Shown piece after piece: positions 10,301-18,871 of a stretch of 64,000 nt of DNA. Each line of letters opens with the position of its first letter. The stretch's first letter is position 1. Position numbers and translations under genes: made by a program. Below the pieces are notes generated by a model. It searched no databases. It saw only the letters and a program-made list of their open reading frames with translations, and had not been told where the DNA came from. The stretch is taken from positions 184,752 through 248,751 of IMG/VR virus record IMGVR_UViG_3300042308_001616; one strand, given 5' to 3'.

Positions 10301-10401
10301 CACAAAATTGGATAAAAACAGAAGTAAAATATGTTCAATTAAAATATTCAAATGACGATTATAAAAAGTTTGAAAAAAAATTGGATGATTTGAAGAAGTA
10401 A
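7393..10401 (+). CDS. Large virion protein, possibly baseplate hub-like
   Basis: 1002 aa in the tail module; YTGDWTISAIEF segment resembles gp27/late-control-D hubs; late box upstream. Confidence 0.5.
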   Translation: MPINLSPQEYFLNFLNSNEEALKIYKKAEVLKYVRLRTIGEKELTLDQQSDENWDGKNDIFAYLVIIDQFFSKADVHILTFVPEFENFTVVEIKFSPTITPADITKSVKVHYKSEKGNHINLLIADPEYQLQVLKDKAKRDGYNVIQDPWIPNVVNPKEQKSVDKSSDKIADSKNDDDGFKTVNEPEIYDYASLKEPKVKADEITGEIWLEKVSGPGDIIGDGREIIDSLGSQRGVKFEDLQFTEPGDYVIRVLSDSPNLTPTQFNITVLPEPVIIPQEKVVEEEQEEVVLGARPMITQIFPPTLKLRPITVKYEEETGTATVVTADGMGIFPTVYYNGVPISHGDILSFRLYHDGVVPKCKVSFIDSANLIKDLGVPKDDMTFDIFINSKTVSLKSIHLNFKLEKHRESMFGAKYTFNGTLNIPSEHDKKFKLYEQQSPTYEQMTSYNAITNICKDLGIGFNSNISDTDDKMTWVFNGDKGYQVIEHLVNKSYISDSSFMGAYIDYYYCMNYVDVEKECRRDNSNDSGIETGGVGSNSSDNEQVQMLLHNEVSANKSSFFFLSEPKIKHNSTDKNLIKGVRTKVKFYDNKTKKFEVYDIEGTTSDGTETEILKGSPNDKKGFFSNTTTRMLGKMDTENVHKNYLYAEELNRRNLDELGNIEMIVKLPTINLNYYIYQKTRVVLVNQRTSPTNQSRFRYEYTGDWTISAIEFKMTKEGGMKTFYQEMRLIRKELGMKPKDQMERLEPKTGSEENVPNSVNPIENFPNAAYQPSEVYRFKDENGMEWIVSIIYPNSDGETMEVYMVSDDLYEDTNAIKPIPTFDDENMIPDGASELSNESPTNSSINKDEIIPIKLILGAVVPKPTKSFDELKNKQLIENDVKNVSGYIELQEIGATDESKRFRLYAVLNGFTTDDFYTKMTGINPPNYITTSTEWLTKADFNKDKPELDKIEEQLNDELILRYSYQELETQNWIKTEVKYVQLKYSNDDYKKFEKKLDDLKK

Positions 10402-10430
10402 CATTTTATATACAAAAATATAATAAAACA

Positions 10431-10463
10431 ATTTGAGTAGTCGCAAATTGTGACTACTCAAAT
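10431..10463. other. Perfect inverted repeat (hairpin) between late genes
   Basis: atttgagtagtc-gcaaattgt-gactactcaaat. Confidence 0.6.
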
Positions 10464-10471
10464 AAAACAAT

Positions 10472-12790
10472 ATGGAAAATTTAACACCTGAAGATTATTT
10501 CGATTTGTATGGTTCAAAAAGACCAAACTCTAATATTGTACAAACATACAGAATTAGAAAGAAAACTAATAACACTCCTAATTATCCGGGATCATTAGAC
10601 CTTGTAGTCTATCTCGTTTTATTTGAAGGAAAATTCCTAAAAAAAAGTGAGTTATATGCTTACACTTACCTTCCTGAATATTATGACATCCCAGAACGAT
10701 ATAATAATAAACCTGGAAAACTTGAAATTTCAGGTGTCTACAAAGGAGTAAATTTATTTATAGAAAATCCAGAAGTTGCCAATTCACTAGGAAATTGTAT
10801 TACTAATATAACCGTAAATAGAGTAAAAAAACCTGGTGGTACTGGTAGTAAAAAAGTAGAAATAGACTTTAATTATTTTGATGTCAAAATAGGTGATGAC
10901 ATAACAATAGTAATAGATTATGATCCTTCTTGTAAAATTGATGTCATAAATCCAGAAGCAGTATTAGGTACAAAAGATGATAATGTACAAGATAATACTA
11001 TAGCAATAAATGAAAAATATAAAAAAAGATTAGAAGAGGTCGAAAAAAGATTAGAAGAAGAGACTGCAAAGGTAAAACAGGAACAGGAAGAAATAAATCT
11101 TGCAAGATATAAAATAACAAAAAAACCAGATGATCAAATAACTATAGAACTGGCAACAGAACTTTCAAAACTCGATAAAAAATACGATGATTTACTACCT
11201 CAATGGAATAAAAGAATAAATGATATCAAAGAAGAAATTATCCAAATTAATGAAAGTAAAAATGACGAAATTAATAATAATTCCAATTATACAATACGCG
11301 AAATTGAAAGATTAGTAATTGCCGAAAACCTACCTATAAACCTAACCGAAATTGCAATTGATAAAATGGGTAGAAACTTTGATAATCTATTACTAAAAGC
11401 ACTAAAAATAAAAAATTCAAATTTAGAAGTTTTTGAAGACGAGTTTTATACTATAGAGGATTTTACGTTTGTTCCTAATGAGTCTATAATTGAACGAGAC
11501 AAATTATTTGGTATTGCAGATGAAATAGTTGAAGAGGTCATAAAAAACTTCAAGTATATGGATTCTCCAGCTGACTATGAAATAATACAATATCCATGGG
11601 ATCCTAATGATGTTCCACCAGAATCGGAACCATCCGAATTAGAAGATGTAACTGAATTCATACCCGAAATTTATAATCCGTATCTAATAGTAGAAGATGG
11701 TTCAGAAAATACCGTAGGAAGTTACACAGTTCGTGCACGCGGAGAATATTCAGTTAAGGTAGATCAGAATAGTGATAAAATAAAATTAACAGGACTAGAC
11801 GGAAAGTTTTTTTTATTTCCAGATGGAACCAGAAGGGAACTGGGTGAGTTGACGTTAGTCAAGAAAGAGAATCCTAATGATCCTAATATAATACGTATGA
11901 TAAACGAAGAATATGAAAGACAGGATGAGTTGAGTGATGAATATTTAGAGGATGAATACGTAGGTGAAGGACTTGGTACAACATTTGGTGGTACTCTCGG
12001 TGATCAGATAAAACCAGAACAAACACCAGATTATGTATCACCTTCTAATAGTAGCGGTTCTTTTAACAATGGCGGTGGTTCATCTCCTATCAATGCAGAA
12101 AAATACAATGGTGTAGGATACGCACCTATTAAAACCTGTATATTCAGTGGAGAATCATCAACATATGATGCACTTAATGGTGGTCAGGCATGGACAAATA
12201 AAAAACCTAAACAACCTAGAAAGGACAAAGACGGCAATCAGTGTTGTGGATGTGCAACAACATACAAAAAAAGATTTGGAATAAGTAGTATGGAATCAAC
12301 AATTGCACAAGTCGCTACAAATACTGCAAAATTAACATCGTGTGGTGGTGGTGCTATGGGTAGATATCAAAATATGCCAGGATATATAATTAATCGCGCC
12401 ACAACAGTCGGTTTAAATCCAAATACTGACTTATACAATGAAGCAAATCAGGAAAAAATGGGAGAAAGTTTAATAGATGGTGCATGTGGTAATTATATAA
12501 AAGGTAAAAATAAAGGAACTAAAGCACAATTAGAATCGGCAATACAGGCAACTGGACGAATTTGGTCATCACTTCCAGTAGTTATAAATGGTGCAGGTGC
12601 TGTGTGTGGAAATGTGGAAACTGGTGAGGGTCAGACAGGTTATTATAGTAATTATGAAAATAATGGAGGACATATTAGAGGTAAAACACTTGCAGATTTT
12701 GTTATAGCACTAATAAAAACTAGAAAAAATTTCGCACCTAATTCATTTGGTACAGATTTTTATAAACCATCATATATAAATTTTGTTTAG
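10472..12790 (+). CDS. Virion protein with C-terminal lysozyme-like muramidase domain
   Basis: C-terminus has GESSTYDALN...AMGRYQNMP...YNEANQE...IWSSLP, a lambda-lysozyme-like pattern. Confidence 0.65.
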   Translation: MENLTPEDYFDLYGSKRPNSNIVQTYRIRKKTNNTPNYPGSLDLVVYLVLFEGKFLKKSELYAYTYLPEYYDIPERYNNKPGKLEISGVYKGVNLFIENPEVANSLGNCITNITVNRVKKPGGTGSKKVEIDFNYFDVKIGDDITIVIDYDPSCKIDVINPEAVLGTKDDNVQDNTIAINEKYKKRLEEVEKRLEEETAKVKQEQEEINLARYKITKKPDDQITIELATELSKLDKKYDDLLPQWNKRINDIKEEIIQINESKNDEINNNSNYTIREIERLVIAENLPINLTEIAIDKMGRNFDNLLLKALKIKNSNLEVFEDEFYTIEDFTFVPNESIIERDKLFGIADEIVEEVIKNFKYMDSPADYEIIQYPWDPNDVPPESEPSELEDVTEFIPEIYNPYLIVEDGSENTVGSYTVRARGEYSVKVDQNSDKIKLTGLDGKFFLFPDGTRRELGELTLVKKENPNDPNIIRMINEEYERQDELSDEYLEDEYVGEGLGTTFGGTLGDQIKPEQTPDYVSPSNSSGSFNNGGGSSPINAEKYNGVGYAPIKTCIFSGESSTYDALNGGQAWTNKKPKQPRKDKDGNQCCGCATTYKKRFGISSMESTIAQVATNTAKLTSCGGGAMGRYQNMPGYIINRATTVGLNPNTDLYNEANQEKMGESLIDGACGNYIKGKNKGTKAQLESAIQATGRIWSSLPVVINGAGAVCGNVETGEGQTGYYSNYENNGGHIRGKTLADFVIALIKTRKNFAPNSFGTDFYKPSYINFV

Positions 12791-12793
12791 AGA

Positions 12794-15010
12794 ATGGCAA
12801 ATTTAACACCTCAAGATTATTTCGATTTGTATGGTTCAAAAAGACCAAACTCTAATATTGTACAAACATACAGAATTAGAAAGAAAACCAATAACCATCC
12901 TAATTATCCTGGATCATTAGACCATATTGTTTATCTCGTTTTATTTGAAGGAAAATTCCTCAAAAAAAGTGAGCTATACGCTTATACTTACCTTCCAGAA
13001 TACTTTGACCTCCCAGAACAATATAACAATAAACCTGGAAAACTTGAAATTTCGGGTGTCTACAAAGGAGTAAATTTATTTATAGAAAATCCAGAAGTTG
13101 CTAATTCATTAGGAAACTGTATTACCGGTATAACCGTAAATGGAACTCAAAAACCTGGTGGCACTGGCACCACAAGAGTAGAGATAGACTTTAGTTATTT
13201 TGATGTCAAAGTAGGCGATGATATAACAATAGTAATAAATTACGATACTTCCTGTAAAATCGATGTCATAAACCCAGAAGCAGTATTGGGCACAGATGAT
13301 AATGTACAAACAAATAATATAGGAGAAATAAACGAAAGGTATAAAAAAATAAAAGAAGCAACCGAGAAAAAACTAAGTGATGAAGAATCAAAAGTTAGTA
13401 ATGAAAAGCAAGAAATCGATTTGGCAATCTACAAAATACAAAAAAAACCAAATGATCAAATAACTGATGAAGAAAAAATAGAATTACAAAATCTTAAAGA
13501 AAAAGGTATAAAAATGGGACCAGAATGGGCTAAAAGAATAGCCGATATCAAAGTAGAACTCAGTAATATTGAAAAAAATAAAATTCAAGAAATCAATAGT
13601 AATAAATCCACAATACGCGAAATTGAAAGATTAGTAATTGCCGAAAACCTACCTATAAACCTAACCGAAGTCGCAATTGATAAAATGGGTAGAAACTTTG
13701 ACAATCTATTACTAAAAGCACTAAAAATAAAAAATTCAAATTTAGAAGTTTTTGAAGACGAGTTTTATACTATAGAGGATTTTACGTTTGTTCCTAATGA
13801 ATCTATAATTGAACGAGACAAGTTATTTGGTATAGCAGATGAAATAGTTGAAGCAGCTATCAAAAACTTCAAGTATATGGATGTTGTTACAGACTATGAA
13901 ATAATACAATATCCATGGGATCCTAATGATGTTCCACCAGAAGAAACATCTGAACAAACTTTACAGGTTGTAAATCCAGAATCTGGATTTAGATCAGATG
14001 GATTTTTAAAAACTGTACGTGCACGTGGTGAATATTCAGTTAAGGTAAGTGAAAGTGGTGATAAAATAAAATTATCAGGACTGGATTTAAAATTTTTATT
14101 TCCGGATGGTATTAGAAGAGAACTTGGTGAGTTGACTTTAGTTAAGAAAGAAGATCCTAATGATCCTAATATAATAAAAATACTAGCAGAGGAATATGAA
14201 AGACAGGATGAGTTGAGTGATGAATATTTAGAGGATGAATACGTAGGTGAAGGACTTGGTACAACATTAGGTGGTACTCTTGGGGATCAGACAAAACCAG
14301 AACAAACACCAGATTATGTATCACCTTCTAATAGTGGTTCTATTAATAATGCTGGAGGCTCTAATCTTACTCCAAGTGGTCCATTACCGGTTGGTGATGA
14401 TGCAGATTGGTATTCTCTTTTAGCGGTATGTCTTTTAGAGGATGGTAATCATCCTGCAGAGGTGGCACAATGTATTTATAATAGACTCAAATGTAATTGT
14501 GGTTATGGTGGTAGGAATATTAAGCAACTTGTCACTGCAAAAAGTCAATTTCAAGTGGCATTTGAACATATTAAATGGGATACAAGTGATCCAATTAATG
14601 GTGTTATTTCTAATGAATGGAGAGCAATAAATGATTTAAATACTGCAATTATTGCAGTAAAATCTTATTATAAGAAAAGGGGAATTGATAGTGATGATCC
14701 AAGACATAGTAATTCATATGATAAAGTAAAAGCCAGATTACTTAATGTTGGTACTATATTAAAAGATAGAACTGCACAACAAAATGCATTAAATCGTGTT
14801 GGTGGACGTACTGGATTTACAGCAGCAACAGCAATAGGTGTTGAAAAAGTAGATGATAGAGGTACTTATGGATATACACGAACAATATCAACAATAAACG
14901 GAACACGAGTGTCGGGTAATTGGTATTATTGGTCTGTTGGTCTTGGTGGTTATAATTTTTATGTAACTGGTGGAAATTCACCTGCTGGAGTTCCTTCTAA
15001 TTTTTCATAA
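12794..15010 (+). CDS. Paralogous virion protein with C-terminal SleB/CwlJ-like cell-wall hydrolase domain
   Basis: First ~515 aa closely match the previous gene; C-terminus has LAVCLLED...EVAQCIYNR...IKQLVTAKSQFQ. Confidence 0.65.
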   Translation: MANLTPQDYFDLYGSKRPNSNIVQTYRIRKKTNNHPNYPGSLDHIVYLVLFEGKFLKKSELYAYTYLPEYFDLPEQYNNKPGKLEISGVYKGVNLFIENPEVANSLGNCITGITVNGTQKPGGTGTTRVEIDFSYFDVKVGDDITIVINYDTSCKIDVINPEAVLGTDDNVQTNNIGEINERYKKIKEATEKKLSDEESKVSNEKQEIDLAIYKIQKKPNDQITDEEKIELQNLKEKGIKMGPEWAKRIADIKVELSNIEKNKIQEINSNKSTIREIERLVIAENLPINLTEVAIDKMGRNFDNLLLKALKIKNSNLEVFEDEFYTIEDFTFVPNESIIERDKLFGIADEIVEAAIKNFKYMDVVTDYEIIQYPWDPNDVPPEETSEQTLQVVNPESGFRSDGFLKTVRARGEYSVKVSESGDKIKLSGLDLKFLFPDGIRRELGELTLVKKEDPNDPNIIKILAEEYERQDELSDEYLEDEYVGEGLGTTLGGTLGDQTKPEQTPDYVSPSNSGSINNAGGSNLTPSGPLPVGDDADWYSLLAVCLLEDGNHPAEVAQCIYNRLKCNCGYGGRNIKQLVTAKSQFQVAFEHIKWDTSDPINGVISNEWRAINDLNTAIIAVKSYYKKRGIDSDDPRHSNSYDKVKARLLNVGTILKDRTAQQNALNRVGGRTGFTAATAIGVEKVDDRGTYGYTRTISTINGTRVSGNWYYWSVGLGGYNFYVTGGNSPAGVPSNFS

Positions 15011-15104
15011 TAATTACACATTTTATAAAAGATAGAGACTAACTCACATAAAATATATAGTTTATGTGCCAAAATTTTGGTAGATATTATAAATAAACTA
15101 TTTT

Positions 15105-18100
15105 ATGGATATTGACAAAATATTTACAGCGGGATTTTGGAATGAAAAGAAAAACAGTACCAAAAACTATCTAAAGTCACAAGCCAACGTTTTTATACCA
15201 CATAAAGACAGATGGGTAGGCCAACTAATAGATGCACATTTCGAGTCACTAAACTATACAGGTGAAAAAGATCTTGACACCAAACAAAGATTCGACATCA
15301 GAAGGGACACCTTCAATAAATTTGGTGACTGGGGAACAGACTATTTTTTACACGATTTACAATTTCAAAGACTAAATAATCCAGTTTCTTTTCAAGGAAC
15401 AATTAGAGAAGCATATAGTGGAAAAAACACACGTCCTGCAATAGATACTACCGGATGGGAACATCAGGATCCAGTTATATATGGATTTGAAGTTATAATA
15501 GATGCTGCTAGTTCACCTCTACTCAATGGTGCAGTATTTGACTTCATAAAACAATTTGAAAGTATATCTGAGATAGCTAGTAAGAAACAAGTCTATGAAG
15601 ACTTTATGCTTCAGTTCAAAAAGATTTTCAAACTAAAAGGAACACCACCAACTAGAACCGAAACACCTGATAGATCCGATTATCTTTCTTGGCCAGGTCC
15701 TAAAGACAACCTTAGTGCATTTGCCAATTCTAAACAATTTCAGAATAGATATTCAAGAGGTAAGAATGCATATCTTGGACATTATTTACAAAAGATATCA
15801 GGATTACATAAGTTAATTGAGAGAAATACATCTACCGAGAATGCTTACCTAAATGAATATGGGAAGGACATAATAACACTAACATTCAATGAAGACGTAA
15901 CCGGAACTATGGCCACACTATCACATCTTTATAAAATGTTGTATTGGTCAAAACCTAACGGAAAATCACTTATACCAGAAAACTTACTCAGGTTCAATTG
16001 TGAGATAGTTGTATGTGAGGTTAGGAACTTCAACAGAGTAAGGAAGTCATTGAAAGGAGACGCTATAGAGATACTTAAGGACAACGTATCGAGACATATC
16101 TATTCTATCAGAGAGTGTCAGTTCTACTTCGACAAACCATCACATGATGATACAATCGATCTCGGAAACATAAAACCATTTGAGGGTGTTGATGTTACAT
16201 TTGATTATAAATATTCGAGTACTAAGTTTGAGAGATGGTCGTATGATCCGAATATGTTTGGAAAGTATATAGGCTATAATAATGGTGCTATGTGGAAGAT
16301 AGGTAACAATCGTGTTGATAATGCACAAAGAGACTTCACAGAAGACTATGATCCTGAAAAAAATTCAGGTTTGCAGAAACAAGTACCTAAATTCTTCACA
16401 CAAAAGACAAATACACTCGGACAGGCAGGTATATCACGTATGGAACTAATAAGAAAGTACCCGATAACACCTGCAGATATAGAGGACGAAGAAGATTCCG
16501 GAGGTGGGTCTTCTGGGACCGGAGATGACGCACAGATGGGTGCAAAACCACCTGGTAAGTTTAGAAGTGCTCTAAGTGAGTTTAAGAAAAAGTCTATAGT
16601 TCTTCTTGTAAGAAATGCAAAAAGGATTTATAGACCAATACTGGGTGCACTCACTGATCAAATAAAACAAAGGTTCGACTTATTCAACAGCCACTTCAAT
16701 AAAATAAAGAGAATGGCCGGAATTAACGGGTTAGATACCGAACCAAACAACGTTTATTTGGATGGAAAACAAGTTACCGAATTCGGAATATTTTTTGACG
16801 TAAGAAACCAATTTGATGAATGGTTAGGCGATAACCTAACTACCAAACTGGTGAGTTCTGGAAAGGATGCTCTAATGAAAGAGTTTGGAAAAGACAAATT
16901 CAAAGATAGTGGGTTTATTACAAAAATAAAGGAAGCTTTTGGATTCCACAAAAGTGAAGGTACACTATTGGATATAATCGATAAGTATAGTCAACTTCCG
17001 ACCGTAATAGCAAATAACTCACCCAGTAATGGTATTACTTACGATCCTTTACAATTTCCTGGATTCGGACAGAAACCGTCAGGTGATAGTACCGATACGA
17101 ATACTAAAAGTCAAGACCCATTAACACAAATTATAAAAACTGCATCGAAACTTAGTGACTCATTACAAAAGATTGCAGCAAAAACTACAAGTCAAGGATC
17201 AATAAACGATATGTTGAGTAAAAGTCCGTTACAAAATACTGTTACGGTTGGTAATAGTACAATTTATTATTATAAACCTTTTCAATTTCCAGGATTTGCA
17301 CAGAAAAATAAAATAGAAACATTACAGAGTGACCAAACAGGAAATCTTTTACTAAAAGATATACTTGCAGTTGATTCTATTATTACTAAACAACAAAATA
17401 CAAACTTAAAAAATAAAATGCCTGGAAATGCTTTACAATTTCCAGGATGGGCACAAAAACCATCATTAGCTAGTGATACTACAGATGTGAATAACCAAAC
17501 AGGAAATCTTTTACTAAAAGATATACTTGCATTTGATTCTAAATTAAAAGATACTTTACTAAAGTTTAGAGCACGTGATGTAAGTCAAGGATCAATATTC
17601 GATATGTTGAGTAAAAGTTTATTAAAAACAATTACTACTATTACAACACCTCAGGGTACTAAACAAACAATTTATGAATATAAACCTTTACAATTCCCAG
17701 GATTTGCACAAAAACCAGCACTTGCGGGTGATAAGACAGATGTAAATACTAAAGATAATAGAGTACTACAAAAGATAATTCAAGATGATTCTAAAATAAG
17801 TTTTTCTTTACAAAAGATTAAAGCTCGTGACGTAAGCCAAGGAACAATAGATGATATGTTGAGTAAAAGTTTATTACAAACTGGTACTATTATTACAACA
17901 CCTCAGGGTACTAAACAAACAATTTATGACTATAAACCTTTACAATTTCCAGGATTTGCACAAAAACCAGCACTTGCCGGTGATAAGACAGATGAAAATA
18001 CTAAAGATAATAGAGTACTACAAAAGATAATTCAAGATGATTCTAAAATAAGTTTTTCTTTACAAAAGATTAAAGCTCGTGACTTAAGTCAAGGATCAAT

Positions 18101-18854
18101 ATTCGATATGTTGAGTAAAAGTTTATTAAAAAAAATTACTACTATTAAAAATCCTCAGGGTGGTGAAACAAAAATTATTGACTATAAACCTTTACAATTC
18201 CCAGGATTTGCACAAAAACCAGCACTTGCGGGTGATAAGACAGATGTAAATACTAAAGATAATAGAGTACTACAAAAGATAATTCAAGATGATTCTAAAA
18301 TAAGTTTTTCTTTACAAAAGATTAAAGCTCGTGACTTAAGTCAAGGATCAATATTCGATATGTTGAAGAATTCTAAAATAAGTGTTTCATTACAAAAGAT
18401 TAAAGCTCGTGATACAAATCAGGGATTAATACCAGATATGTTGAAGAAAAGTATACTTCCAACAACTCTACAATTCCCAGGATTCGCACAGAAACCATCT
18501 TTCTCTAATGATACGAGTGATTCAAATACTATAGATGCAAGAAAACTAAATGAGATACTCACACAGGAATCTAAATTCGTACCTGCTGCTAAAGAATTAT
18601 CCAAAGGAAACATCGACAAAATATTACAGACAAGTATACTTCCACCAGCTTTACAATTTCCAGGATTTGCACAAAAACCATCGTTATTTAACGATAGAAG
18701 TGATGTAGTACAAAGATCAAATGGAACTCTAAATGATATACTCACTCAAAGTACTTATAAACCAGCACCAAGAACTGCATCAGAAGGTTCATTGGCAGAA
18801 ATAGTTAAAAAATACTCAAAAGTTCCGTCTATATTCAAACCACCTGGCAAGTAA
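15105..18854 (+). CDS. Tail/baseplate-associated protein with C-terminal repeats
   Basis: 1249 aa; eight (L/F)QFPG(F/W)(A/G)QK repeats. Confidence 0.6.
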   Translation: MDIDKIFTAGFWNEKKNSTKNYLKSQANVFIPHKDRWVGQLIDAHFESLNYTGEKDLDTKQRFDIRRDTFNKFGDWGTDYFLHDLQFQRLNNPVSFQGTIREAYSGKNTRPAIDTTGWEHQDPVIYGFEVIIDAASSPLLNGAVFDFIKQFESISEIASKKQVYEDFMLQFKKIFKLKGTPPTRTETPDRSDYLSWPGPKDNLSAFANSKQFQNRYSRGKNAYLGHYLQKISGLHKLIERNTSTENAYLNEYGKDIITLTFNEDVTGTMATLSHLYKMLYWSKPNGKSLIPENLLRFNCEIVVCEVRNFNRVRKSLKGDAIEILKDNVSRHIYSIRECQFYFDKPSHDDTIDLGNIKPFEGVDVTFDYKYSSTKFERWSYDPNMFGKYIGYNNGAMWKIGNNRVDNAQRDFTEDYDPEKNSGLQKQVPKFFTQKTNTLGQAGISRMELIRKYPITPADIEDEEDSGGGSSGTGDDAQMGAKPPGKFRSALSEFKKKSIVLLVRNAKRIYRPILGALTDQIKQRFDLFNSHFNKIKRMAGINGLDTEPNNVYLDGKQVTEFGIFFDVRNQFDEWLGDNLTTKLVSSGKDALMKEFGKDKFKDSGFITKIKEAFGFHKSEGTLLDIIDKYSQLPTVIANNSPSNGITYDPLQFPGFGQKPSGDSTDTNTKSQDPLTQIIKTASKLSDSLQKIAAKTTSQGSINDMLSKSPLQNTVTVGNSTIYYYKPFQFPGFAQKNKIETLQSDQTGNLLLKDILAVDSIITKQQNTNLKNKMPGNALQFPGWAQKPSLASDTTDVNNQTGNLLLKDILAFDSKLKDTLLKFRARDVSQGSIFDMLSKSLLKTITTITTPQGTKQTIYEYKPLQFPGFAQKPALAGDKTDVNTKDNRVLQKIIQDDSKISFSLQKIKARDVSQGTIDDMLSKSLLQTGTIITTPQGTKQTIYDYKPLQFPGFAQKPALAGDKTDENTKDNRVLQKIIQDDSKISFSLQKIKARDLSQGSIFDMLSKSLLKKITTIKNPQGGETKIIDYKPLQFPGFAQKPALAGDKTDVNTKDNRVLQKIIQDDSKISFSLQKIKARDLSQGSIFDMLKNSKISVSLQKIKARDTNQGLIPDMLKKSILPTTLQFPGFAQKPSFSNDTSDSNTIDARKLNEILTQESKFVPAAKELSKGNIDKILQTSILPPALQFPGFAQKPSLFNDRSDVVQRSNGTLNDILTQSTYKPAPRTASEGSLAEIVKKYSKVPSIFKPPGK
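17045..18700 (+). repeat. Intragenic tandem repeats (~50-82 aa units)
   Basis: ttacaatt(t/c)ccaggatttgcacaaaaacca recurs; near-identical 246-bp units at ~17680-18360. Confidence 0.85.
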
Positions 18855-18871
18855 ACTTAACTATATAGAGT

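Noticed and set aside
17045-18700. DGR template/variable repeat or CRISPR
   Set aside because: Repeats are in-frame protein repeats without adenine-specific differences; no reverse transcriptase
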